From positions 640,001 to 704,000 of the forward strand of contig OZ244958.1 in the NCBI GenBank assembly GCA_965222575.1: a stretch of 64,000 bases of DNA. The letters run 5' to 3'. The notes below the pieces were generated by a model. That model was not told the DNA's origin and did no database searches. It saw only the letters and a program-made list of their open reading frames with translations. Below are positions 31,153-39,539 of the stretch, piece by piece. The DNA comes from Alphaproteobacteria bacterium. GTDB taxonomy: Bacteria > Pseudomonadota > Alphaproteobacteria > G965222575. Position 1 is the first letter of the stretch. Each line of letters begins with the position of its first letter. A program made the translations under genes and the position numbers.

Positions 31153-32243
31153 AGGATTGGGTGGCGCTTGAGGATTGTCAGTCCATATCCTTTTAGAGCG
31201 ACAAGAGGTCTTTCGCTGTTGGATAAGAGTTCTAGGGAAGAGGCTTGTAGGTCTATGAGGATTTGCGCACCGATACCGTAAGAGCGCAAGGGATTTTCGG
31301 CGTCGGGTGCGGGGGCGGTGTGTGTGTTGTGTGTGGGAGGTGCTACGATATGGCCTGCTGTTGTTTGTAAAATGACGACAATGCCTGATTTTGCCTGTTC
31401 AATCATTGTCATGGATTTATGTAAGAGGCTATTTTTTGGTGGCGATAGGACGTCTTTTAAGACATTTAAGGGATGCATACGTACCAAAGTGGGTTGTAGG
31501 ACTTTCCCTTTGATTAAGGCTACATGCTGTAAGGATGAGCCTTTCACATGATAGGGAATCAGTTTCCAAAGGCCGGCATGGGTTTCGATGATGGTTTCTT
31601 CTCCTCGTTTGACCAAGTAATCTCGTTGACAGCGGTAAGTGATAAGGTCTTCAATTGTGCCGATTGAAAGGTTGTGCTTGTGAGCGAAGGCGCGGAGTTC
31701 GGGAAATTTTGACATTTCTCCATCATCGTTCATAATTTCACAGAGCACTCCCCCGGGGATGAGTCCGGCTAGGCGGGAAAAATCCACTGCGGCTTCTGTA
31801 TGCCCTGCTCTCTCCAAGACGCCTCCTCTGCGTGCTTGAAGAGGGAAAACATGTCCCGGTGTTAAAAGAGACTCTTTTGTGTGCGACGGGTCTGTGGCAA
31901 TTTTAATTGTATGACACCTGTCAGGTGCGGAAATACCCGTTGTAATCCCTTCTTTGGCTTCAATGGAAATGGTGAAGGCTGTGTTGTCTCCCTTGCTGTG
32001 TGTGCTGGGGGAGAGAGGAAGGTCTAATTGTGCGATTCTCTCCTGCGGAAGGGCTAGGCAAATAAGACCACGACCGAAACGGGCCATGAAGGCAATGTCC
32101 TTTGGCGTGACCTTTTGGGCTGAGACGATTAAATCTCCTTCGTTTTCGCGGTTTTCATCGTCTACCACAATAATCATCTCCCCCTTAGATAGCGCTTTGA
32201 TGAGGTCTTGCGTTGAAGAAATGGGGGCAAGAGGAGCGTTCAT
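31149..32243 (-). CDS. ribB: DHBP synthase RibB fused to a degenerate GTP cyclohydrolase II-like domain
   Basis: DDENRENEGD, TTGISA.DR, PGHVFPL, RAGHTEA; C-terminal VRMH and YGIGAQIL without Zn-binding cysteines. Confidence 0.9.
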   Translation of the reverse strand: MNAPLAPISSTQDLIKALSKGEMIIVVDDENRENEGDLIVSAQKVTPKDIAFMARFGRGLICLALPQERIAQLDLPLSPSTHSKGDNTAFTISIEAKEGITTGISAPDRCHTIKIATDPSHTKESLLTPGHVFPLQARRGGVLERAGHTEAAVDFSRLAGLIPGGVLCEIMNDDGEMSKFPELRAFAHKHNLSIGTIEDLITYRCQRDYLVKRGEETIIETHAGLWKLIPYHVKGSSLQHVALIKGKVLQPTLVRMHPLNVLKDVLSPPKNSLLHKSMTMIEQAKSGIVVILQTTAGHIVAPPTHNTHTAPAPDAENPLRSYGIGAQILIDLQASSLELLSNSERPLVALKGYGLTILKRHPIL

Positions 32244-32857
32244 GTTTTTAGGGATTTTATCATGGCGTGTGCGTATTTTGCTAACATATCCACTTCTAGG
32301 TTGACCCAATCATTTTCTTTTAAGTACTGCCAAGATGTTTCCTTGAGTGTATAGTTAATCAGGCTGACTGAAAAGCATTTTTCCTGTACATCCACTATTG
32401 TCAATGACACCCCATCGAGACAGATTGACCCTTTAGGGACTAGGAATTGTGCTGTTTTCGCATCTGTTTTGAGGGTGATGAGGCGTTGAGTAGGGGTGTG
32501 GGAGAGTGCGGTAATGAGTGCTGTGGACTCCACATGTCCATAGACCAAATGTCCGCCTATGAAATCAGACCATCGGGCTGCTCTTTCGAGATTCACGGCG
32601 CGTCCCTTTTGCCATTGCCCCCCTGTGGTAGAGGCAATAGTTGTTGTACAAAGCTCACAGAGGAATCCCCAAGCGCTCAGTTGTTGCACCGTGAGACAAA
32701 TCCCATTGCAACAAATGGATTCTCCTGTTGCTAAAGGGGTGTTGTCCGTTGAAGACAGCAGTTGACGGGTGTACCCCATGGTGATTCTTTTACCGCCTCC
32801 CTCAAGGGGGTGTACGTCCTTGACCTGACCGATATCTTGTACTAAGCCACTAAACAT
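32240..32857 (-). CDS. ribE: Riboflavin synthase
   Basis: MFSGLV, NGICLTV, VNLERA, GGHLVYGHV, DGVSLT, VNLEVD. Confidence 0.95.
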   Translation of the reverse strand: MFSGLVQDIGQVKDVHPLEGGGKRITMGYTRQLLSSTDNTPLATGESICCNGICLTVQQLSAWGFLCELCTTTIASTTGGQWQKGRAVNLERAARWSDFIGGHLVYGHVESTALITALSHTPTQRLITLKTDAKTAQFLVPKGSICLDGVSLTIVDVQEKCFSVSLINYTLKETSWQYLKENDWVNLEVDMLAKYAHAMIKSLKT

Positions 32858-33947
32858 GGGACGAGTGTCTTTCATATACAGACACGTAATCCTTTTCACT
32901 GAGGCGGCGCACTTTCTTTAAGGAGAATTGCGGACGTTCATGGAGGGCTATCAAGCCTAAAGAGGCTACGGCATTTCGCCCCTCAGCTCCTAGCACAGAG
33001 CTATTATGCACCCAAATTAGGGTATCGACCAAATCCGCTTTGATGAAACTTGCTACGACTTCTCCGCCTCCCTCGCACAAAAGAGTACTGACACCTTTCC
33101 CCCCAAGATACTGAAGTGCTTCCATAAGAGAGAGTTTCCCTGCTTCAAGGTCTATGGGGATGGGAGTGACTCCCCGTGCTTCTAGGGCTTTTCGTTTGGA
33201 GGCTTGGGCTTTGTGAAAAAAGATGTAGACAGGAGCGGTTTGAGAGGCGGACTTGACAAGTTTGCAATCCAAAGAGAGGGCGAGAGTAGCATCTAGGGCT
33301 GCTCTTATCAAGGGATAATGTTTGCCTTTTTGTAGCCGACAGGTCAACAGGGGGTTGTCAATTTTCAGTGTTTTTGTGCCTATTAAGATACAATCGTGGC
33401 GTTGTCTTAGTTCATGGACATAAGTGAGGGAGGCAGGGGTGGAAATCCACTGACTATTGCCTTGATAGTCGGCGATTTTTCCATCTATTGTGGAGGCTAG
33501 CTTTAAGGTGACTTGTGGTCGTCCTGTTGTATGGAGATGAGTGAAAGGAGCATAGAGTTTTTGGGCTTTTTTCTCTAGGATGCCCTGAGTGACCTCAAGG
33601 GGGTTTAAGCTGGTAGTAGCTCTTATGGGTAGGGTGATGTCTTCTGTTGCAAAGACCACGCGTTTGATACCGCTTGAGAGGATTTTATCGGTACAAGGAG
33701 GGTGTTTTCCCCAATGGGTACAGGGTTCTAGCGTAACATATAAGACAGCGCCGTGTGCATGAGAAGCGGCTTTTTGTAGGGCAACGGCTTCTGCATGATT
33801 GCCACCGCTTGGTTGTGTGGTGCCGGTGGCAATAATTTTTCCCTCTTTGACAATGACGCATCCTACCGGTGGAGAGGGATAGGAAGAGCCGTTAATTTTT
33901 TGAGCTAATCCTAGAGCTTTGGACATAAAAACCGCATCCTGTTGCAT
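32850..33947 (-). CDS. ribD: Bifunctional pyrimidine deaminase/reductase
   Basis: HAE...VTLEPC.H....PC, KLASTIDG, EGGG. Confidence 0.95.
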   Translation of the reverse strand: MQQDAVFMSKALGLAQKINGSSYPSPPVGCVIVKEGKIIATGTTQPSGGNHAEAVALQKAASHAHGAVLYVTLEPCTHWGKHPPCTDKILSSGIKRVVFATEDITLPIRATTSLNPLEVTQGILEKKAQKLYAPFTHLHTTGRPQVTLKLASTIDGKIADYQGNSQWISTPASLTYVHELRQRHDCILIGTKTLKIDNPLLTCRLQKGKHYPLIRAALDATLALSLDCKLVKSASQTAPVYIFFHKAQASKRKALEARGVTPIPIDLEAGKLSLMEALQYLGGKGVSTLLCEGGGEVVASFIKADLVDTLIWVHNSSVLGAEGRNAVASLGLIALHERPQFSLKKVRRLSEKDYVSVYERHSSHV

Positions 33948-33952
33948 AGGAA

Positions 33953-35212
33953 TCAATCAGGATACACAGGATATGCCCGGCATAAGTTGCTGGCTGTTTT
34001 TGAAAACTGCGCGAGGTTTTTCTCGAATTCTTTGGTTTTTAGACTATCTAAGATATCTGCTATGAGCAGACCAATGGTTTTGAAATCTTGAGCTGTGAGG
34101 CCTCTTGAGACTGAAGCGGCTGTTCCGAGTCTTATGCCGGAGGCTATTTGAGGGGGGTGCGGGTCAAAAGGAATGGCATTTTTATTACAAGTGAGGTGGG
34201 CTTTCCATAGGGCATTTTCCGCTTCTTTGCCTGTGAGATGATGGGGTTGAAGGTCTAAGAGTAGCAGGTGGCAAACAGTGCCGCCGCTTACTGTGTCATA
34301 CCCCCTTTGGGCAAGAGTTTCAGATAAACATTGGGCGCTTTTTATGACCTCTTGGGCATAGGTTTTGAAGGCTTCTGAGGCGGCTTCCTGAAAGCAAACA
34401 GCCTTTGCTGCAATGATATGCATAAGCGGTCCTCCTTGAAGGCCGGGGAAGAGGGCGGCATTAATTTTTTTCATGACCTCTTGGTTGTTGCTTAAGATGA
34501 ACCCTCCTCTTGGTCCTCTGAGCGTCTTGTGTGTGGTGGAGGTGACAATGTCTGCCCAAGGGAGGGGCGAGGGGTAGTAATTGGTAGCGATAAGGCCAGC
34601 ATAATGAGCGATATCGGCTAAAAGATAGGCACCTACTTCCCGAGAGATAGTAGAGAAGGCTTCAAAGTCTATCACTTGAGAGTAAGCAGATGCACCACAG
34701 ATAATAAGCTTAGGGCGGTGGGTTTTGGCTAGAGAGCGGACTTGGTCATAGTCTATAAGACCTGTTTCCTTGACAACGCCGTAAGAAAAGGACTGAAACC
34801 ACTTGCCCGATAGATTGACTTTGAACCCATGAGACAGGTGACCGCCAGCTGATAAATCCATGCCTAGAATGGTGTCATAAGGCTTTAGAAGACCTAAGAG
34901 TATGGCTTGATTGGCGGAGGAACCGCTGTGGGGTTGTACATTAGCGTAGGCACTCTGAAACAGGGATTTTGCTCTTTCGATAGCGAATGTCTCCACTTCA
35001 TCTACATATTGACACCCCCCGTAATATCTCTTGCCGGGATAGCCTTCGGCATATTTATTGGTCATCACACTGCCTTGGGCTTCTAAGACGGCACGACTCA
35101 CAAGATTTTCCGATGCAATGAGTTCTATTTCGTCATTCAACCGTTTCTTCTCTTTCGCAATGGAAGAGAAGACGGCTTTATCTGTTGTGGCAAGAGGGCT
35201 TAACAACGACAT
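33953..35212 (-). CDS. glyA: Serine hydroxymethyltransferase
   Basis: LIASEN, NKYAEGYPGKRYYGG, TTHKTLRGPRGG. Confidence 0.98.
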   Translation of the reverse strand: MSLLSPLATTDKAVFSSIAKEKKRLNDEIELIASENLVSRAVLEAQGSVMTNKYAEGYPGKRYYGGCQYVDEVETFAIERAKSLFQSAYANVQPHSGSSANQAILLGLLKPYDTILGMDLSAGGHLSHGFKVNLSGKWFQSFSYGVVKETGLIDYDQVRSLAKTHRPKLIICGASAYSQVIDFEAFSTISREVGAYLLADIAHYAGLIATNYYPSPLPWADIVTSTTHKTLRGPRGGFILSNNQEVMKKINAALFPGLQGGPLMHIIAAKAVCFQEAASEAFKTYAQEVIKSAQCLSETLAQRGYDTVSGGTVCHLLLLDLQPHHLTGKEAENALWKAHLTCNKNAIPFDPHPPQIASGIRLGTAASVSRGLTAQDFKTIGLLIADILDSLKTKEFEKNLAQFSKTASNLCRAYPVYPD

Positions 35213-35443
35213 AGGGGGGACTTGTTCGAAATGGAAGAGAAGATGGCTTTATCGGGTTGTGGCAAGAGGGCTTAACAACGACATAGGGGGGGACTTGTTC
35301 GAAATGGAAGAGAAGACGGCTTTATCGGGTTGTGGCAAGAGGGCTTAACAACGACATAGGGGGGGACTTGTTCGAAATGGAAGAGAAGACGGCTTTATCG
35401 GGTTGTGGCAAGAGGGCTTAACAACGACATAGGGGGACTTGTT
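35159..35443. repeat. Four tandem 71-73 bp copies of the glyA leader, start codon and first ~18 codons
   Basis: Units start at 35159, 35230, 35303 and 35376; G-tracts of 6, 7, 7 and 5. Confidence 0.95.
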
Positions 35444-35889
35444 TAGGGGGAAAGTGAATCAATGAGGGATAGTCTTTTACTGTGTCGTTCTCCTTGGAAG
35501 GGTGTGTTGAAAAAGGTGAGGGCGATGTTGCGTGCTTGAGAAGAGGAGATAAATTTTGCCCCTAGTGTGAGGATGTTGGCGTTGTTGTGTTGTCTGCTAA
35601 GACGCGCAGTCTCTTCTGTCCAGCAACAAACAGCCCGAATCCCCTTATGGCGATTAGCACAAATTGCCATTCCCTGCCCGGAGCCGCAAATCAACAGCCC
35701 ACTTTCTGCTGCCCCTTGCTTCATAGCCTTCACTGCTTCATGGGCAAAGAGGGGATAATCCACTGGCTCTGTTTCTTTTTTGTTGCCGACATCCAGCAGC
35801 TGCCAATGTGGAGATAAGGCTTCTTTTAAGGCTTCTTTCAGAGCGAATCCGCGATGGTCGGAGGCGAGAACAAGGGTTTTGAAAATCAT
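35443..35889 (-). CDS. rpiB: Ribose-5-phosphate isomerase B
   Basis: ASDHRG, DYP, CGSGQG, HNNANIL.LG, F.GERH..R. Confidence 0.95.
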   Translation of the reverse strand: MIFKTLVLASDHRGFALKEALKEALSPHWQLLDVGNKKETEPVDYPLFAHEAVKAMKQGAAESGLLICGSGQGMAICANRHKGIRAVCCWTEETARLSRQHNNANILTLGAKFISSSQARNIALTFFNTPFQGERHSKRLSLIDSLSP

Positions 35890-36007
35890 GCCAATGCTTC
35901 TGTCATAGACTCCATAGAGTATACCTTTGTGTCATTCTAATTGTCCAGTGTTGTCTCTTAAGCAGTCGCCTTTCCTCTCTCTTTGGTTATTGGGGCGTGA
36001 GGATTTT

Positions 36008-36036
36008 TTGACAAGAAAGGGAAAATCAGATATAGT
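36008..36036 (+). promoter_or_regulatory. Near-consensus sigma70 promoter for the ocd-arginase/gcv operon
   Basis: TTGACA (36008)-17 nt-TATAGT (36031). Confidence 0.65.
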
Positions 36037-36111
36037 TTTGTTTTTCAAAATGACCAGTTCACCCAATTGTATCTTAAGGCTACAAAATAAGGGCGGGGGA
36101 GTTCCCATCTT

Positions 36112-38013
36112 ATGGTTCGGTTTTTAGATGTTCGTGCTTTACAAACACTTGTGCATACCCATGGGTTAGAGGCGTTTATTCAAGATCTGATGAGGCAGCT
36201 TAAAGAAGATTTTAGTCGATGGGAAGCCTTTGAGAAGACGCCGCGGCAGGTTTTCCATGTAGAGGGGGGGGTCTTAGAGTTGATGCCGGTATGTGATGAG
36301 CAGTATCATTCTTTTAAGTATGTAAATGGTCACCCTAAGAATATGGAGGAGGGGAAATTCACTGTGGTGGCTACGGGTCAATTGTCGCGTGTAAGTGATG
36401 GGTATCCGTTGATGGTGACGGAAATGACGGTGTTAACAGCGCTTAGGACGGCAGCAACAGCGGCCCTAGCCTCTGACCTAATGGCGCGCAAGAATGCTCA
36501 ATGTCTAGGGATTATTGGGACGGGAGCGCAAAGTGAATTTCAGGTGATAGCCCATAAAATTGTACGGAATATTCGTTCTATTCAGTATTTTGATGTGAGT
36601 GAAGAGGCTATGGAGAAGTTTGAGGGGAATATTAGGGGGAATTACGCGGGATATAGGACTGATTTGAAGCGCTGTGAGACGCCTGAGGAAGCGGTTAGGG
36701 GTGCTGATATTGTTGTGATTTGTACAGCCTGCAAAGCCCATGTGACTGTTCTTCAGGATGATTGGGTGGTAGCGGGGCAGCATATCAATGGATTAGGGGG
36801 GGATTGTCCGGGAAAAACGGAACTTGATAAAAAAACGCTTCTGCGCAGTCACTTAGTTGTTGAGTACTTTAAGCAATCTCATATAGAGGGAGAAATTCAG
36901 CATTTTTCGGAACAAGAAGCGCGGCGCCTTGTCCATGGGGAGCTTTATGAACTTGTTCGCGGAGAAAAAGCCGGTCGTCACTCGGAAGAGGACATCACTG
37001 TTTTTGATTCTGTAGGCTTCGCTTTAGAAGACCACAGTGTTTTACGATTAACCTACGACTTAGCGAAACGTTATAATGTTGGGACAAACACAGAGATGAT
37101 TCCGCAGATTGCCGACCCTAAGAATCTCTTTTCTGTTTTGAAAGCGCCCTCTTATACCCCTTTGCCCTGTCGCTATAAGGTCTTAGGGGCGGCGGTTGGG
37201 CATTGCGCTTCTGTACTAGGGTGTCAGGAGGCTTTTAGCACCCTTAAGACTGTCCTGCCTATCAAAGGGGAGAGTATTGTCTTTAAGGGGCAGAAGCGCG
37301 GGCTTGAGGTCTTAGACGATTTCGCCCTTTTCTCTACCGCTTTGAATCAAGCGGTACAAGCGGTACTTGATAGCGGTCATCGCTTTTTGACCATAGGAGG
37401 AGACCATAGTTGTGCTGTTGGCTCTTGGCAGGGGGCTGCTAGGTGGTGGCGGAAGCGCGGGAAAGCCTTAGGACTGATTTGGATAGATGCTCATCTCGAT
37501 GCCCATACCACAGAGACTTCTCCTTCAGGCAATTTCCATGGTATGTCCCTTGCTACGCTTTTAGGATATGGCCCCCCTTCTATTTCTTTATCCCCTAAAG
37601 CCTTGTTACCGCAACATGTCTTTGTTATTGGGGCTAGGGATTATGAACAAGAGGAATATCACTTCTTGCATCGCCAAGGGGTACAGGTTTTTTATATGGA
37701 ACAGGTGAGACGGCAGGGACTGAAACTCTGTCTTGACATTGCCCAAGAGGTTTTTCGTGATTGTGATATTCCTTATGGTATCAGTTTTGATATGGATGCG
37801 TTGGACCCTAAAGAGGGCATAGCGGTTGGTACTCCTGTGGAAAAGGGGCTATCATTAGAAGAGGTCACGGAAAGTTTGAAGAGATTATCGCTCGCTCCTT
37901 TGACGGGCATAGAGTTTGTGGAATATAATCCTTCTTTAGATAAGTTGGGAGTTGGGTTGAAGACTTTTAGCCAACTGGTGGAGATTTTTCTTAAGCAACA
38001 GGTGAGGACATGA
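36112..38013 (+). CDS. Ornithine cyclodeaminase-arginase fusion
   Basis: N-terminal ~343 aa: KYVNGHP, RTAA, GTGAQ, GGDCPGKTE, FDSVGFALED, DPKNLF. C-terminal ~280 aa: GGDHS, DAHLD, SGNFHGM, SFDMDALDP, VEYNP. Confidence 0.92.
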   Translation: MVRFLDVRALQTLVHTHGLEAFIQDLMRQLKEDFSRWEAFEKTPRQVFHVEGGVLELMPVCDEQYHSFKYVNGHPKNMEEGKFTVVATGQLSRVSDGYPLMVTEMTVLTALRTAATAALASDLMARKNAQCLGIIGTGAQSEFQVIAHKIVRNIRSIQYFDVSEEAMEKFEGNIRGNYAGYRTDLKRCETPEEAVRGADIVVICTACKAHVTVLQDDWVVAGQHINGLGGDCPGKTELDKKTLLRSHLVVEYFKQSHIEGEIQHFSEQEARRLVHGELYELVRGEKAGRHSEEDITVFDSVGFALEDHSVLRLTYDLAKRYNVGTNTEMIPQIADPKNLFSVLKAPSYTPLPCRYKVLGAAVGHCASVLGCQEAFSTLKTVLPIKGESIVFKGQKRGLEVLDDFALFSTALNQAVQAVLDSGHRFLTIGGDHSCAVGSWQGAARWWRKRGKALGLIWIDAHLDAHTTETSPSGNFHGMSLATLLGYGPPSISLSPKALLPQHVFVIGARDYEQEEYHFLHRQGVQVFYMEQVRRQGLKLCLDIAQEVFRDCDIPYGISFDMDALDPKEGIAVGTPVEKGLSLEEVTESLKRLSLAPLTGIEFVEYNPSLDKLGVGLKTFSQLVEIFLKQQVRT

Positions 38014-39167
38014 GACGAGTATCCCCTTTAGAGAGTTTACATGTTTCCCGCGGGGGGCGCATGACGGAGTTTGCGGGGTTTCGGTTGCCTTTGTTTTATG
38101 AGAATCAGGGGATTGTAGAAGAGCATAACTGGTGTCGAGGTCATGCGGCTCTTTTTGATGTTTCGCATTTGAGGCAGGTTTGGATACAGGGGCGCGCACA
38201 AGAGGAGGTTGCCACCTTTTTAGAGAGGCTTGTCCCTGGGGACATTTTAGCCCTTCCTCCGGGACGTCAGTGTTACACACAGCTTCTTGATGTAAAGGGA
38301 GGCATTATAGACGATGTGATTATTGGCAAGCCAAAGGAAGAAGGGTATCAGCACAGGCTTTATATGGTAGCCAACGCTTGGCAGGAGGATTGTCCGGTTT
38401 ATGTTCAAGGGTCTTTACCTTTGTCTATGAGTTTGGTTCCTGCTGATAATGTTCTTGTAGCACTACAGGGTCCTGAAGCGGCGTCTGTGTTGCGGGCGGT
38501 GATAAGGGAGAAGGTGGTGACGGGGCTTAAAGAGGAGGAGATACTCTCCATGAAGTTTATGGATTTTCGAGTACCGGGAGAGCAAGTTGTTACCATTGTG
38601 CGGGGGGGGTATACGGGGGAGGATGGTTTTGAGCTATCTTTAGAGGAGTCTGTGGCGGAGGCGGTTGTGGAGGCTTTTGTAGAGAAGGGGGCGAAATTGG
38701 CAGGACTTGGTGCGCGGAATACCTTGCGTCTTGAGGCGGGTTTGTGTTTGTACGGGGCTGATTTGACGCGTTCTAGGACACCTGTGGAAGCGGGGCTTTG
38801 GTGGTCTGTGGGGAAAACGAGACGGTCGTCCCTTACTTGTGCTGGGGGAGAGCACTTACAGAAACAAAGACGCGAGGGAGTCCAACAGAAGCTTGTGGGA
38901 TTGAGAATGCCCTGCCCGCCTCCAGCTAGAGAAGGGGCTTGTATCTTCTCAGAAGATGACCAGAAAATTGGCATTGTTACCTCTGGGGCTTTAAGTCCTA
39001 CTTTGGGCATTCCTGTTGCACTAGCTTATGTGCGTGCCCAGACCAAACTGAAGCAACATGTTCTAGTAGAGGTACGGCATAAAAAATATCCGGCAACAAT
39101 AGTGTCCTTGCCTTTTGTGCCACATCGATATGTTATGGGAAAAACTGTTAGGGAAGGAGGTCTCTGA
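38010..39167 (+). CDS. gcvT: Glycine cleavage T protein (aminomethyltransferase)
   Basis: LFDVSH, GGIIDD, ALQGP, GYTGEDGFE, GLGAR..LRLEAG. Confidence 0.96.
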   Translation: MRRVSPLESLHVSRGGRMTEFAGFRLPLFYENQGIVEEHNWCRGHAALFDVSHLRQVWIQGRAQEEVATFLERLVPGDILALPPGRQCYTQLLDVKGGIIDDVIIGKPKEEGYQHRLYMVANAWQEDCPVYVQGSLPLSMSLVPADNVLVALQGPEAASVLRAVIREKVVTGLKEEEILSMKFMDFRVPGEQVVTIVRGGYTGEDGFELSLEESVAEAVVEAFVEKGAKLAGLGARNTLRLEAGLCLYGADLTRSRTPVEAGLWWSVGKTRRSSLTCAGGEHLQKQRREGVQQKLVGLRMPCPPPAREGACIFSEDDQKIGIVTSGALSPTLGIPVALAYVRAQTKLKQHVLVEVRHKKYPATIVSLPFVPHRYVMGKTVREGGL

Positions 39168-39532
39168 TGCTAAGGTTTACAAAAAATCATGAATGGATAC
39201 GGGTTGAGGGGGAAGAGGCTGTGGTGGGTATTACTGAGTATGCACAGCAACAGCTTGGCGATATTGTCTTTGTGGAGTTGCCTTCTGTGGGGCGTTGTAT
39301 TGACACGGGAGAAGAAGCGGCGGTTGTGGAGTCTGTGAAGGCGGCTTCTAGTGTTTATATGCCGGTTAGGGGTGAGATTGTGTCTGTGAATGAAGACCTT
39401 AGTAAGAATCCTCAGAAGGTGAACACGTCTCCTGAAGGAGAGGGCTGGATGTTTAGGATGAAAGTCTCTGATGTTCAAGAGTTGGAAGAGTTGATGGGAG
39501 AAGCCTCTTATCTGGAAAATCATACGCACTAA
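39167..39532 (+). CDS. gcvH: Glycine cleavage H protein
   Basis: HEW, GITEYAQ..LGDIVFV, ESVKAAS lipoyl site. Confidence 0.96.
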   Translation: MLRFTKNHEWIRVEGEEAVVGITEYAQQQLGDIVFVELPSVGRCIDTGEEAAVVESVKAASSVYMPVRGEIVSVNEDLSKNPQKVNTSPEGEGWMFRMKVSDVQELEELMGEASYLENHTH

Positions 39533-39539
39533 TGTTGAG

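Noticed and set aside
35159-35443. CRISPR array or MITE
   Set aside because: Units are head-to-tail copies of the glyA 5' end, with no spacers and no terminal inverted repeats.
35890-36111. Glycine riboswitch upstream of the gcv operon
   Set aside because: No GGAGA-containing aptamer seen, and the predicted leader is only ~70 nt.
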